Below are positions 1 to 13,129 of a DNA stretch of 64,000 nt, one piece after another. Made by a program: the position numbers and the translations under genes. Within the stretch, counting starts at the first letter, position 1; each line of letters opens with the position of its first letter. A model generated the notes under the pieces. The model did not search any database. It worked only from the letters and a program-made list of their open reading frames with translations, and was not told where the DNA came from. This stretch comes from Octopus vulgaris (taxonomy: Eukaryota): NCBI GenBank assembly GCA_951406725.2, contig OX597827.1, positions 496,001 to 560,000 of the forward strand, given 5' to 3'.

Positions 1-1707
1 TAGAACTGGATGCGGATATAAATGTTACGGCAAAACGATCAGCCACCTTTTATATATGGATGACCTAAAACTATACGCTGCAAATGACAAACAGCTAGAA
101 ACACTATTAAAGACAGTTCATGGATTTACCAAAGAAATAGATATGAAATTTGGATTAGAAAAATGCGCCAAAGTAACCATGAAAAGAGGAAAACTAGTTA
201 AGAGTAACAACATCACACTAGATAAAACCAATGAAATAAAAGAATTAGACCAAAGCCAAACTTACAAATACTTAGGAATCCATGAACTAGATAAGACACA
301 ACACACACAAATGAAAGAGAAAATAAAAAAAGAATATTATAGACGAGTTAGATCAATACTAAAAACAGAGCTCAATGCTAAAAACAAGATAATAGGTATC
401 AACACTTTAGCTGTTCCAGTTATAAGTTACAGCTACAATATCCTTAACTGGACACGAAATGAACTGTCCAAAATAGATCGGAAAACAAGAAAAATACTGA
501 CAGGATCTAGGATGCATCACCCAAAATCTGACATAGAAAGACTATATATACCACGTATAGAAGGTGGTAGAGGCCTTATACAGCTGGAAAACTACTATAA
601 AATAACCACCATAGGACTGCAAAAATACCTACTTCAGAAGGAAGGAAAACTGATCCAGATAGCAGCAAAACACGAGCAAAACAAAAAACTGTTCTCAGTA
701 TTTAAGGAAGCTGACAAATACAAACAAGAAATCATACCACCTAATAAACACAAAGAAGAAGAAGAAGATGATGAAGAAACAACAAAAGCTATAAAACAAA
801 TGAAATCCAAACTAAAAATAGAACAGCAACGAGCCATGATAAAACGATGGCAGAAAAGCCCCTTCATGGTAAATACTGGACTAAACTAAACGCAAAAGAA
901 ATAGACAAAGAAAAATCCCAGCAATGGTTGAGAAGCTCAGGACTCAAAGCAGAAACAGAGGGATTTTTAATTGCAGCACAAGACCAAAGCCTCCCCACCA
1001 GAAATTACCAAAAACATGTAATGAAAAGAAATATTACAAGTAACTGCAGAATATGTGGAGATGGACAAGAAACAATAAATCATATTATCTCTAGCTGCCC
1101 AGTCCTGGCTAAGAAGGAATATTTTCACAGACATGACAGAGTTGGAACCTACATACATTGGAAGCTATGCCAACATTATGGAATAACAACAGAAAAAAGA
1201 TGGTATAGGCACACACCAGAAAAGGTCACAGAAAACGAGAAAGCAACCATACTCTGGGATATGCCGATACACACAGATAGAGAAATTAAGGCCAACAGAC
1301 CAGATATAGTTGTCAGAGATCATGAAGAAAAAAATGCTTTCTAATTGATGTATCAATACCGGCAGATGACAACGTGTCTCTAAAAGAAATGGAGAAACTC
1401 TCAAAATACAAAGACCTGGAAATAGAGGTAACTAGAATGTGGAACCTGAAAACAGAAACAATTCCTATCATAGTAGGTGCATTAGGCATGATAAAAAAAA
1501 TATTCAGACAAATACATAACAAAAACACCAGGACTTACAAACACATATAACATACAGAAAATTGCACTACTAGGCACCGCACACATCCTACGCAGAACAC
1601 TTCCATACAATAACCATCAGAGCATCACAACAAATCACAGCACATACCCAAGGCACACAGAGCTGCGCTCGGTAGTGAAGTGAAAGCACGCTATAAAAAT
1701 AAAACTA

Positions 1708-1710
<3 letters not shown>
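1..1710 (+). mobile_element. R4/Dong-like RLE non-LTR retrotransposon, 3' half (RT C-terminus, zinc knuckle, restriction-like endonuclease, 3' UTR); extends off the window's left edge
   Basis: Reads SHLLYMDDLKLY (RT YxDD motif), KFGLEKCA, YKYLG and GGRGL; then ETEGFLIAAQDQ, the zinc knuckle CRICG-ETINHIISSC, RHD, RPDIVV and LIDVSIP..E..KY (PD-(D/E)xK REL endonuclease). Frameshifts near 852, 1330 and 1495. Ends directly in (AAT)n. Confidence 0.93.
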
Positions 1711-1778
<68 letters not shown>

Positions 1779-1788
1779 TAATAATAAT
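1711..1788. repeat. (AAT)n microsatellite, probable target or tail of the R4/Dong element
   Basis: Directly visible repeat abutting the LINE 3' end. Confidence 0.95.
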
Positions 1789-1959
1789 TATATATATACA
1801 TACATACATACATACCATCCACCACTCCTCTCTCACCACCATCATCCACTATAAATCCACAGACTCACTCTCTTATCTATCTCAAGTCCTCCTTCTCCTA
1901 CCTACGTACACTGAACTGTCCATTTCTTACTCCCAGTCTCAGTTCTTCTGTCTCCTCCG

Positions 1960-2610
1960 GTTCTGTAGTGATGACTATGACTACAAGACACCAACTCCTG
2001 ACTCACCACTTTACCCGATGGGGTTACCCCGTTACCGTTATTCAAACCGCTCTCAACCGTGTTGACTGGGCACGCTCTCACTTTCCCCTTCTACACTCCT
2101 TCCCCGTACCCTCCCCACCCACCTTCATCGCCTCCCTTTCCCTATCACATACCACCCATTCACCCTACCCCTCCATTCTTCGGGCTTTCCGAATACTCCA
2201 ATCTGATTCTTCACCTCCCACATCTTCCGCAACCCACCCCGCACCGCTTTCAAATGCGCCCATAACTAACGTGACCTTCGGGTCCGTAGATTTTTTTTCC
2301 ATTCCTGGCATCCAGATTTGGCTCCTTCTCTTGCTCTGCCGCACTTGCCCCTACCTTTCCAATACCACTATCCCCACCGGTAACCACCACCGCCTCTACC
2401 ATATTAACGATTCATTCACCTGCATCTCCAGCAAGTAAGCTACTGTATCCCCTGCCCTCCCTGTCATTCTCTGTATATTGGTCAAACTGGCCGGCGTTAG
2501 CTAACCGGTTCTCCGAACATCTCCGGGCCATCAGATTCAGTAATGACACACTGGACTCGCGTCACTTCAACTCGACCGGGCATTCGCTACAATATCTGTC
2601 TGATTGCCCT
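1960..2610 (+). mobile_element. Degenerate Penelope-like element, RT-thumb/linker to GIY-YIG endonuclease
   Basis: Across frameshifts it reads HFTRWGYP, CRTCPY, INDSFTCISS, SYCIPCPPCHSLYIGQTGRR and LANRFSEHLRAIR, typical of the PLE GIY-YIG region. Confidence 0.8.
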
Positions 2611-3049
2611 TTACACATACACAAATGATACACATACGCATACGCACGCACATATGCTACTTGCACAAAGTACACACGCTCACATTAGCTGCTACACTCA
2701 TACGTTAGTGCACACACACATCAGATAGGCACACACACACACGTTAGACAGCCTCAGACACGTGCATACGTACACACACACACACGCACACACATGTACA
2801 CGCTCCTTTACATACACATACACTCTCATATAATCATCATACTTTCACATATGCGTCCCCCCCACACACACATACGCACGTACAGGCTTATTATATACCC
2901 ATATACACACGTACATATTATCCTCACGCTCACATATATGCTTGTGCACACACGCTTTAACCCGGTTACTGTTTTCTCCCTTGCCACACTTGTCTCCAGC
3001 CACTTCCCTTCATCTGCTCAATTCAACATGTGCAACCATTAATCCAGAC

Positions 3050-3253
3050 ACAATTTTTTCTGTTTTCCTTTGTTTTTCCCTCGCTCTCTCTCTCTCTCTC
3101 TCTGTTTTCTCTCCTCATTCCTCTCAGCAGAAGAGCGGAGGCTTGAAACGTCAGACACTCTTCCATTTTTCTTGAGCGTCAAACTAATAAACCCTGTTTG
3201 TTGTTCCTTCGTCTCCGTCTTTTGTCTTTTATTTCATGTACAGTTTTGAATCG
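3050..3253 (+). mobile_element. PLE pLTR-like short element with degenerate hammerhead motif (family H1)
   Basis: cagaagagcggaggcttGAAACGTCa followed by ttcttgagcgtc..aata, shared with the copies at 7920, 17165 and 50120. Lies downstream of, and in the same orientation as, the GIY-YIG remnant. Confidence 0.55.
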
Positions 3254-3255
3254 TA

Positions 3256-3416
<161 letters not shown>

Positions 3417-3544
3417 ATACACATACATAGATGCATATACACACACACACACACACACACAAGTACGTATAAAGAGATACCCAAATACGTATCTATGGAG
3501 GTTGGACAAAATAATGGAAACAACTTGCTAAATGGAAATGGAAA

Positions 3545-4440
3545 TTAAACGGAAATTTTATTATTTAATGCGGAGTTGGTCCACCTTTGGCATCACAGCT
3601 TTAATACGTCCAGGAAATGACTGGTATAGGTTCTGAACAGTAGTAATGGAAATGTTGAGCCGTTGTTGAAGTAAAAACTGCTTTTCCAGCGACGATAGTG
3701 GTGGGATTCAGATTCTCATGGGCTACTTCAAAATACATTATAAATGTTCGATAATATTCTGATCTGGCGATCGTGGTGGGGCCAATGCAAGTGGTTTAGT
3801 TCACTTTTGTGCTCTTCGTACCGATTTTGAATAAGATTAGCCGTGGCGTTATCGTCAGAGAACAATGTAACATAGATTGGATTTGCTCAGTCAAAATACT
3901 CAGATAATCTTTGGCGTTAACTCTGTCGTGTAGAATAACAAAGGGTCAAGAGAATTCCGTGAAATGACTTCTCAAATCACCACTGAGCCACCCTCATTGC
4001 TTCACGGCAGAGACCAAACAGTCTGGGCTGCAGGCTTCTTTGAGCTGTCTACAGACTTTGAATGATTATTTATCAGAGAAGATGACTTTAGTCTATTAAA
4101 CCAATGACCCCTTCTGTGGTTTAACAATTGCAGTCCTCCCATGGTCCCAGTTTCGTGGAGCTCACACAACAGCTTTATTTGACCCAGAGTTGTTAAATTG
4201 TGGTTCAGTACTGCAATCACATTTGTCGCCGCAGATTGATGGTTTTTAGGTAAAAACTTTCCACTATTCTATGGTCCGTCTCTGTGAGATTTGCCTTCTG
4301 TTCAGAATTATTCTTGTCAGAGCTGGTTTTGTCATGGTTCTGGAATGCTAACATGATTTAAGACACTGTATCTCTCGAGACATTAAATCATTCTGCGGTT
4401 TTTACGGTTGAAGATACAGTCATCCGCACTCCAACAATTT
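3545..4440 (-). mobile_element. Degenerate Tc1-like transposase remnant
   Basis: Minus strand gives DDNA..NLIQNRYEEHKSELNHLHWP..SPDQNIIEHL, matching the Tc1 QDNA...WPxxSPDLNxIE motif; many stops and frameshifts. Confidence 0.75.
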
Positions 4441-4479
4441 GTCATCTTTGGAAATCAAAGAAGTCACGTATTTTAAAAT

Positions 4480-4599
4480 ACAAATACCGGCAAAAAGAAG
4501 AAAGAAAGAAAAAGGGAAAACAGAGGTTTATATCATGACGTAATAAACCAACACCGGTTGTCAAGTGGCGTGTGCGCGTGTGTGTGCGTGTGTGGGTGA

Positions 4600-4637
<38 letters not shown>

Positions 4638-4810
4638 CAAACACAAATGCCCAGAAATAAGCGCAAATGTATACGTGACGGGCATCCACGCAAACACCGT
4701 CTTCCAAATCTTCTCACAAAACATTGGTCAGTTTCGCCCGGGACAACAGTAGAAGACGCTTACTGAGGGCTGTTGCACAGTAGGATTGAACTCGAAACCT
4801 CGGAGTTGTA
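4480..4810 (-). mobile_element. Degenerate tRNA-derived SINE, family B (internal microsatellite)
   Basis: Reverse-complement similarity to 7750-8385. Confidence 0.6.
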
Positions 4811-4841
4811 ATTTTATACTCTCGCTTTAGCTTCCACTAAG

Positions 4842-5447
4842 CTGTGATGGTATCACTCACCTGTATATAGATACTGTGATGGTATCACTCACCTGTATGT
4901 AGATACTGTGATGGTATCACTCACCTGTATGTAGATACTATGATGGTATCACTCACCTGTATATAGATACTGTGATTGTATCACTCAATGTATGTAGATA
5001 CTGTGATGGTATCACTCACCTGTATATAGATACTGTGATTGTATCAATCACCTGTATATAGATACTGTGATGGTATCACTCACCTGTATATAGATACTGT
5101 GATTGTATCACTCAATGTATGTAGATACTGTGATGGTATCACTCACCTGTATATAGATACTGTGATGGTATCACTCACCTGTATATAGATACTGTGATGG
5201 TATCACTCACCTGTATATAGATACTGTGATTGTATCACTCACCTGTATATAGATACTGTGATTGTATCTCTCACCTGTATATAGATACTGTGATTGTATC
5301 ACTCACCTGTATATAGATACTGTGATGGTATCACTCAATGTATGTAGATACTGTGATGGTATCACTCACCTGTATATAGATACTGTGATTAATCACTCAC
5401 CTGTATATAGATACTGTGATTGTATCACTCACCTGTATGTAGATACT
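4842..5447. repeat. 32-bp minisatellite, 19 units (ctgtgatggtatcactcacctgtatatagata)
   Basis: Contiguous near-identical units with no spacers; four units are 31-bp variants. Confidence 0.95.
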
Positions 5448-5460
5448 AGCCTTTGATTCA

Positions 5461-6262
5461 CTTTCTAAGGCGACTCTTCAAAAAGTCATTTTACTCTGCG
5501 ATAGAAAAGTCTTTTCTAATTTTTAAATATTTTAGGTTTGATCCCGCCACCCTGGTTCACTAAAAATCGGGCTTCATCTGTGACCTCGAAATGAACAGTC
5601 TGAAACCTTGACGCTTAGATTTTCACTGTGGAGTAAGATGGGCAAACATCCTTCAAAACTTCCTTCGTCTCACCATGGATTTCCGCCTTTCCTTTGACTT
5701 TTAAAAACAGGAACTTCATGACCACCCGTGCTTCAATTTTACCAAAATCCACTGTAGGACCTGCCATCATGCTTATACCTGGAAAAAGGAAAAAGATATA
5801 TTGTATACCATCATGACCTTTTGCATATCTTCTCCTAAATAGCTGACCTACTTATCCGGTGAAGGCGCATGGCGCAGTGGTTAGAGCGTCGAGGTTGTGA
5901 GGTCGAATCCTAGACCGGGCTGCGTGTTGTGCTCTTGAGCAAGACACTTTATTTCACGTTGTTCTAGTTCACTCAGCTGTAGAAATGAGTTGTGACGTCA
6001 CTGGCGCCAAGTTGCATCGGCCTTTGCCTTTCCCTTGGATAACATCAATGGTGTGGAGAGGGAAGGCTGGTATGCATGGGCGACTGCTGGTCTTCCATAA
6101 ACAACCTTGCCCGGACTTGTGCCTGGGAGGGTAACTTTCTAAGTGCAATTCCATGGTCAATCATGACCGAAGGGGGTCTCAGCAGGTTATCCTGTAAAGA
6201 TAACAACTCTATCTTTTTGCAATACCCTCAAAGCCAGAAACTTTAAAACACTTTCTCGCATA
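5461..6262 (-). mobile_element. Mariner-like remnant (5' TIR and N-terminal HTH region), interrupted by a SINE
   Basis: Minus strand reads KIEARVVMKFLFLK..KAEIHGE..CPSYSTVK..SRF. The TIR-like aaagccagaaactttaaaacactttctcg at 6230-6259 resembles the TIR at 48964. Confidence 0.6.
5863..6180 (+). mobile_element. tRNA-derived SINE, family C
   Basis: A-box TGGCGCAGTGG, B-box-like ggtcgaatcc and core ttgagcaagacactttatttcacgtt; the reverse-complement homologue is at 32530-32860. Confidence 0.85.
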
Positions 6263-6948
6263 TAAGAACGATGAATATCAAACCTGTAGTAATGTAAGTA
6301 CTATCTCAAGTCCTAGGACTCGTCGTCCACGGATTTAGATCACAACATCCCCTTTGAATGGGACGTCAGTTTGTTGCTAGGTTATTCATTTACAACTGGG
6401 TGGTCCGGGATTCGAACTCACAACCTCGACGTTCTAAGCACTGAGCTATGCGTCTTCACAGGATTAGTCGGTCAGCTATTTAGGAGAAGATATGCAAAAG
6501 ATCGTGATGGTATACAACATTTACAACTTGAAATGAAGTATTTTGCTCAACTTTACCGGGGATAGAAACCACGGTACTGCGAACGTGAGTGAGTGCAAAA
6601 AACCTTTACCATTAGACTCTGTGCCTTCACAGGTGTAACAATCACAAATATATTTAGAAAATCGCTGAACATTCCCAGTTGTTTGTGGCAAAATGAAACT
6701 GAGACTCTAAATTGCGGAAGCCTGCAGAGTGCAACAAAGCGAAATGTATTTTTGTTTTTGTTTTTGCATTTGTTTTCTTTTTGCACTGAGAACAGACGTA
6801 CAGTATTCATGTCATGCGCAGAAGCCTAAGTTAGTTGTGATTATGTTAATGAGAAAGAGACGTGAAATTCATGGAAGATTGACTACCTAAAGAGACATCT
6901 CAATCAAGAGAAAGAAAGCAAGAGAGAGAAAGAGGGAGTGAGAGAGAT

Positions 6949-7017
<69 letters not shown>

Positions 7018-7749
7018 ATCTGATGGCAGTGTGTTCAAGTCAGAAAGTCAACAAAACATTGAGATAAATCATTCAGTAATGGAATCAAATACTAATAAGT
7101 CTATATCAGAGTTTAGTGAGCGGCAACGAAGTCATGTTGAGAAAGTAAAAATATTGATCGACAATATATATATTATACTATTTGTTATTTCCATGAGTTC
7201 TGGGCAAAAGAGACGCTCTCTTTTCGAAACATCCTTAGGTCATATGACAAGAAAATGTTACACGCTCTGAAAATTGGTACAGAATAAAGAAATTGCATTT
7301 AAATCTCTTTAATGCATTAATCATGTCATTTTGCAGAAAAAAAAGATAAATAAATAAATAAACAAATAAATATATAAAACGAAGAGTTTAACGTTGATTT
7401 TATTGTACTTAGATTTAGTCAATACTTAGATTTATTCTAGGAAGAAAAATAAAACAATGAATTTATAAAAATACCTAAGTTCCTTCGTCTGATGTCAAGA
7501 GGGACAAAATGATTTGTGAATTTATTGATAGTGATACACTTTATAACTTTGATAATCTCCGAGATTCTTCTTCGAAAAAACAATTTTATTTTTCGAGTTG
7601 TGAGCCCAGCTTGGATTGGGATTCTTACTCTTGTCTTTATTGAGCAGCTCCAGCTCCTTGCGGTAGGCTAGCAATCCTATTACTGACACACAAAGAATTA
7701 TAGTCTCGTATATGGGTTCTGATTCAATAAACATTAGTTAGTTTTCTGA

Positions 7750-8100
7750 AGAGTGGCTGTGCAGTAAGTAGCTTGCTTACGAACTACATGATTCCGGGTT
7801 CAGTCCCACTGCGTGGCACTTTGGGCAAGTGTCTTCTACTGTAGCCTCGGGTCGACCAAAACCTTGTGAGTAGACGGAAACTGAAAGAAGCTCGTCGTAT
7901 ATATGTATGTATAAACATAGATCGGTAGCCACTACACGCATTTTTTCTCTCCTTGTTTTTTTTTCTCTGTTTCTTTCTGTAGAAGAACGTAGCCTCGAAA
8001 CGTGAAAGACTTTTTTCAATTTCCTGAGCGTTGTGCTAATACATCTGTTTGTTTTATACACCACCTGTCTTCGTCTTTTGTTTTTTCGTGAACTCTCCCC

Positions 8101-8171
<71 letters not shown>

Positions 8172-8385
8172 CGTTTGTGTGTCTGTGCTTGTCCCCCAAC
8201 ATCGCTTAACAACCGATGCTGGTGTGTTTACATCCCCGTAACTTAGCGGTTCGGCAAAAGAGACCGATAGAATAAGTACTAGGCTTACAAAGAATAAGTC
8301 CTGGGGTCAATTTGCTCGACTAAAGGCGGTACTCCAGCATGGCCACATTCAAATGACTGAAACAAGTAAAAGAGTAAAAGAGTAC
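7750..8385 (+). mobile_element. tRNA-derived SINE, family B, with internal (TA)/(TG) microsatellite and a nested insert
   Basis: Head gagtggctgtg..taagtagcttgc..gggttcagtccc; body agacggaaactgaaagaag; tail (gtaaaaga)n. Homologous to many other copies in the window. Confidence 0.88.
7920..8102 (+). mobile_element. Family H1 short hammerhead-type element nested in the SINE B microsatellite
   Basis: cttt-CTGTAGA-agaacgtagcctc-GAAACGTG-aaag at 7973-8008, with a mutated core and cleavage triplet; followed by ttcctgagcg. Confidence 0.6.
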
Positions 8386-8569
8386 CCCCAGTTCTAATTT
8401 GGAAGACTCTTTTCTATGCTTAGTTTAAATGGCTTATTATTTTGAAATCATGAACTGTACAATTATCAGTTGATAATAGCAAATGAAGTTTTCACAGCGA
8501 CTAAACAACATAATATTGTGAAGTTTCCACCACCACCACCACCACCACCACAATGTGGTTGTGGTCGTG

Positions 8570-8767
8570 ACACACAAACATATATACGCACACATACATA
8601 TATACGACGGGCTTCTTTCAATTTCCGTCTACCAAATCCACCCATAAGGCTTTGGTCGGCCTGAAGCTATAGTAGAAGACACTTGCCCAAGGTGCCACGC
8701 AGTGGGACTGAACCGGGAATCATGTGGTTCGCAAGCAAGCTACTTACCACACAGCCACTCCTACGCC
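8570..8767 (-). mobile_element. SINE family B, 5' half
   Basis: Reverse complement of the family B head. Confidence 0.85.
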
Positions 8768-9044
8768 TAAGCAATTTTTAAATATAAATCTAAAACTAAG
8801 GCCTTGTCATGTCTAAATCTGGTCACACACACACACACACACACACACAAAGAAACATGCACGCAGATACACACTTACACAGATATGCATACACAGACAC
8901 ACAGTCACACACACTGACACGCCTACACAGTCTCTCATACTCGCACGCTCACACACAGATACGCATACATGTGCACACACATGGACAAACACAGAGATAC
9001 ACAGACACACAGTCGCTCGCTTTCTCTCTCTCTCTCTCTTACAC

Positions 9045-9075
<31 letters not shown>

Positions 9076-9857
9076 AACTGATGTATAAATAGATGAGATG
9101 ATCATGGAATATTTTTTATCATTTGGCTGCTTGATTAGTGCAGACCCGGGGCTAAATAAGAAGCAGACCACCATCAACATCACTATCACCATCACGATCA
9201 CCCCACCACCACCACCACCATATGCAGCATCACGACCACAACCACTACCACCACCACCACCACCACCATCATCATCATTAGCAGCACCAGCAATTACAAC
9301 AACAACAACAACAGCAGCAACAGCAATAATAGAAATTAGAACAACAACAACAACGGAAGACTTGATAATTTTAAATATTTTCTCAATCAGAATGTTCAGT
9401 TTTTCTTCACTTCTGTGTTAGAATTTATGAAATCAACACGGCACCAAATTTTTATAATTGCTGGTTTTCATGAATTTCAACCAATCAAAATGGCCGATTT
9501 CCGTGACTGCAAATATATTAGATTTGATTGTTATTTTCAAGTATTTCGTTGTGTAAACATTTTCAATATTCCAGCTAATACAGGTTCCACGTGAATTTAA
9601 TAAAATTCCATGATCCAAAACTACATCTGATTTTCTAGTTTTAATGAATCGGGATCTATTTATTTAAATTGATCATTTTTGGTCACTCAGCCAACTGGAA
9701 ATTCAATAATTTCAAATTTCTTTGATATGTCAAAATAAGGAAGTGTTATGATGACATCATTCATGTTGGAATGTGGAATTTTCCAGAATAATGAAAATAA
9801 GTCTAAAATTCTGAGAGTTAATTGTTTAAAACTGATCAATAATTACATCTTATTAAA

Positions 9858-11380
9858 GGCGGCAAGCTGGCAGAATGGTTTACACGCCGGGCAAAATGCT
9901 TAGCGGCGTTTTGTCCGTCTTTACATTTTAAGTTCAAATTCCGCTGACGTTCACAGTGGCATTCACCTCTTCTGGGATCGATAAAACAGGTTTCAGCTGA
10001 ATACTGGGGTTGATGTAATTGACTTACCTACTCCTTCGAAATCATTTCGAATCCTGGACCAGACTGAGTGGCGGTTTTGTGTCCTCGATCGAAAAACTTC
10101 GTTTCACATTGCTCCAGTTCTCTCAGTTGTAAACGAGGAACCCTGCGACGGACTGGCGTTCCGCGCAGAGGAGAGGATATTTATTTCTTTATTGTCCACA
10201 AGGGGCTAAACATAGAGGGAACAAACACGGATAAACAAAGGGATTAAGTCGATTACAGCGACCCCAGTGTGTAACTGGTACTTACTGAATCGACCCTGAA
10301 GGGATGAAAAGCAAAGTCGACCTCGGCGGAATTTGACCTCAGAACGTAACGGCAAACGAGATACTGCTAAGCATTCTGCCAACTCGCCGCCCTCCAGGGA
10401 GAATATTGTGATCTCGATCACTTACACGCTATGGAAACTGGTCGTGTGAGTCCTAGGACTCTAGAGAGAACTTACTGGTTACACATTTTGGCACAACGTC
10501 AGCGATTTCAGGTAAGGGGGCTAAGTTGATCAAATCGACCCCAGTGATCAACTGTATTTATTTTATCGACCCCCGAATGAATGAACGGCGAAGTAGATCC
10601 CAGCGACATTTGAACTCAGAACATAAAGACGGACGAAATACCGCTAAGCATTTTGCCCGGCGTGCTAACGATACTGCCAGCTCGCCGTCTTGAGACAGTA
10701 TTTATTGTCACAGTAAAGATGGAAACAATTTTCGCAAGATATCCAGCTGTGAAGGCGCGTGGCCTTGTGGCCATAAGATTGTGTTTTCGATTACCAGATT
10801 GGAGCGGGTGGCACGCTGTGTTCTTTAACAAAACATATCTTTTCATGTTGTTCCAATCTATCCACTCAGCTGTAAATATGTTTCAGCAATAACTGGGAAG
10901 TTAACCCCGCAACAGACTGGGATCCTATTCTGCAGTCGAACACCACGTAAACCGGATCAACCCTCGGCCTGATGGTTTGGTTTGTCCCTTTTGTTCGGCC
11001 TTTGGTTTGACATGACGCTTGGGGGCCATGACAAACCAAAGCTCAGCTTCCCCCCACCATTTTTGTAGCACGGACCAGTTTCATCCAAGGCAATTTTTCC
11101 ATAGATCATGTGCATAACAAAACACAATAAAGTGCACAATATATAATTTAACTATTACATATATATTGATTCAAAATTTTGGCAAAAGACCAGTAATTCC
11201 GGAGAGAGAGTAAATTAATTAAATCATCCCTAGGGCTCAGTACTTTTTTATCCACTCCAAAAGAATAGAAAGGTAAAATTCGTCCTAGGCGGAATTTAAA
11301 TACAGAAAGTCAAGACGGGCGAAACGCTGCTCTGAATTTTGCCCTGTGCGCGAACGATTCTGCCAGATCGCTACCTTAAA
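9858..11380. mobile_element. Cluster of SINE family A copies (9858-10040 +; 10181-10391, 10485-10690 and 11175-11380 -) plus family C fragments
   Basis: Repeated motif ggcggcgagctggcaga...gagttcaaattccgccgaggtcgactttgcctttcatcctttcggggtcgat or its reverse complement. Confidence 0.8.
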
Positions 11381-11409
11381 TATTACGCATACGAGGGTCC
11401 CAGCAGATA

Positions 11410-11693
11410 CGATCAACGGAACAGCCTGCTCGTGAAATTAACGTGCAAGTAGTGGCTGAGCAATCCACAGACACGTGTACTCCTAACGTAGTTCGTAAGG
11501 AGATTCAGCCTGACACAGAGTGTGACAAGGCCGGCCCTTTGAAAAATACAGGTACAACTCAATTTTGCCAGCTGAGTGGAATGGAGCAACGTGAAATAAA
11601 GTGTCTTACTCAAGGACACAACGCGTCGCCGGGAATTGAACTCATGACCTTACAATCGTGAGCCGAATGCCCTAACCACTAAGCCACGCGCCC
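11410..11693 (-). mobile_element. SINE family C
   Basis: Reverse complement of ggcgcgtggcttagtggttaggg...gagttcaattccc; homologous to 59955-60228. Confidence 0.88.
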
Positions 11694-11722
11694 TCACACA
11701 CAAATACATAATATATACATAC

Positions 11723-11789
<67 letters not shown>

Positions 11790-11792
11790 TAC

Positions 11793-11905
<113 letters not shown>

Positions 11906-12608
11906 AAAAACACCATGCTGACTGCGATAGTCGATGAAATAGGAATAACATTATTCAAATAATCAAAATATTCATTCTTTTCTGCGCGGCCCTGTACCAG
12001 ATGATCCATGGCTCGCTACGAGTTTGTACCCCGAAGGCTGGCGACTTCTGATGTTGCTAAATAACGCCCTTAGGAAAGTATGAACTCCATAATGTTTCAT
12101 TTTCTATTTCCTGTGAATTAATTAGTTGTCTTGTATCTCGTCATTAATACAGAAGTCGTAAGGGAAGAGGAAGAACGGGTTTGGCGGTGGAGATGGATAC
12201 GAAATAAACTGATATTTATTCTTCCTTTTTATTGTTTTAACATCTTTAATTTCTTGTTTTATTGTAGAATGAGCTGACTCACAGTTTTAAAGTAATTTTG
12301 AATTGAATGAAAAATGAATAATAAATATTTATTGGCCAAACATTAAGATTCATACTTTGTGTACAATGTCAACGAAACAAAACCGAAAACTACGATTCCT
12401 CTAATAAACGACTACAGAATGCAATATTGATGTGTGTCGACAAGAATAATTACCAACAAAATTAATTTTGATTAATTATCGGCTTTATTGGCATCAAGAA
12501 AGATATAAAATCATTTTATACGGAGGGGGGATGTATTAAACATTTCACTATATGTATGTATGAACGTGTGTATGTATGTATGTATGTATGTATGTATGTA
12601 TGTATGTA

Positions 12609-12649
<41 letters not shown>

Positions 12650-12809
12650 ATATGTTCTATTTTTTGGTTTTACTATTACCATTAAAACGTTAAAAGCAAT
12701 ATTTCTCAACCGATTTCGTCAGATAAATTCTTGTGAGTACAGTTTTAACATCTTGTTTCTACAGTCTTGCTTACATATTTGGGTTAATAATAATAATAAT
12801 AATAATAAT

Positions 12810-13020
12810 AATTTCTACTATAGGCACAAGGCCTGAAATTTGGCGGGTGGGGTTGAGTCGATTACATCGACGCCAGTTCTCAACTGGTACTTAATTTATC
12901 GACCAGGAAATGATGAAAGGCAAAGTTGACATCCGCGGAATTTGAACTCAGAACATAAAGACAGATGATATGCTGCTAAGCATTACCCGGCGTGCTTACC
13001 ATTCTGCCAGCTCGCCGCCT

Positions 13021-13021
<1 letters not shown>
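12810..13021 (-). mobile_element. SINE family A flanked by (AAT)n on both sides
   Basis: Family A motif on the minus strand. Confidence 0.85.
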
Positions 13022-13071
<50 letters not shown>

Positions 13072-13129
13072 TAACAACAACAACAGCAACAACAACAGCA
13101 ACAATAATAATAATGGCTTCAAATTTGAT

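Noticed and set aside
4842-5447. CRISPR-like array (32-bp unit with internal dyad)
   Set aside because: The units are contiguous with no unique spacers, there are no cas genes, and the context is eukaryotic.
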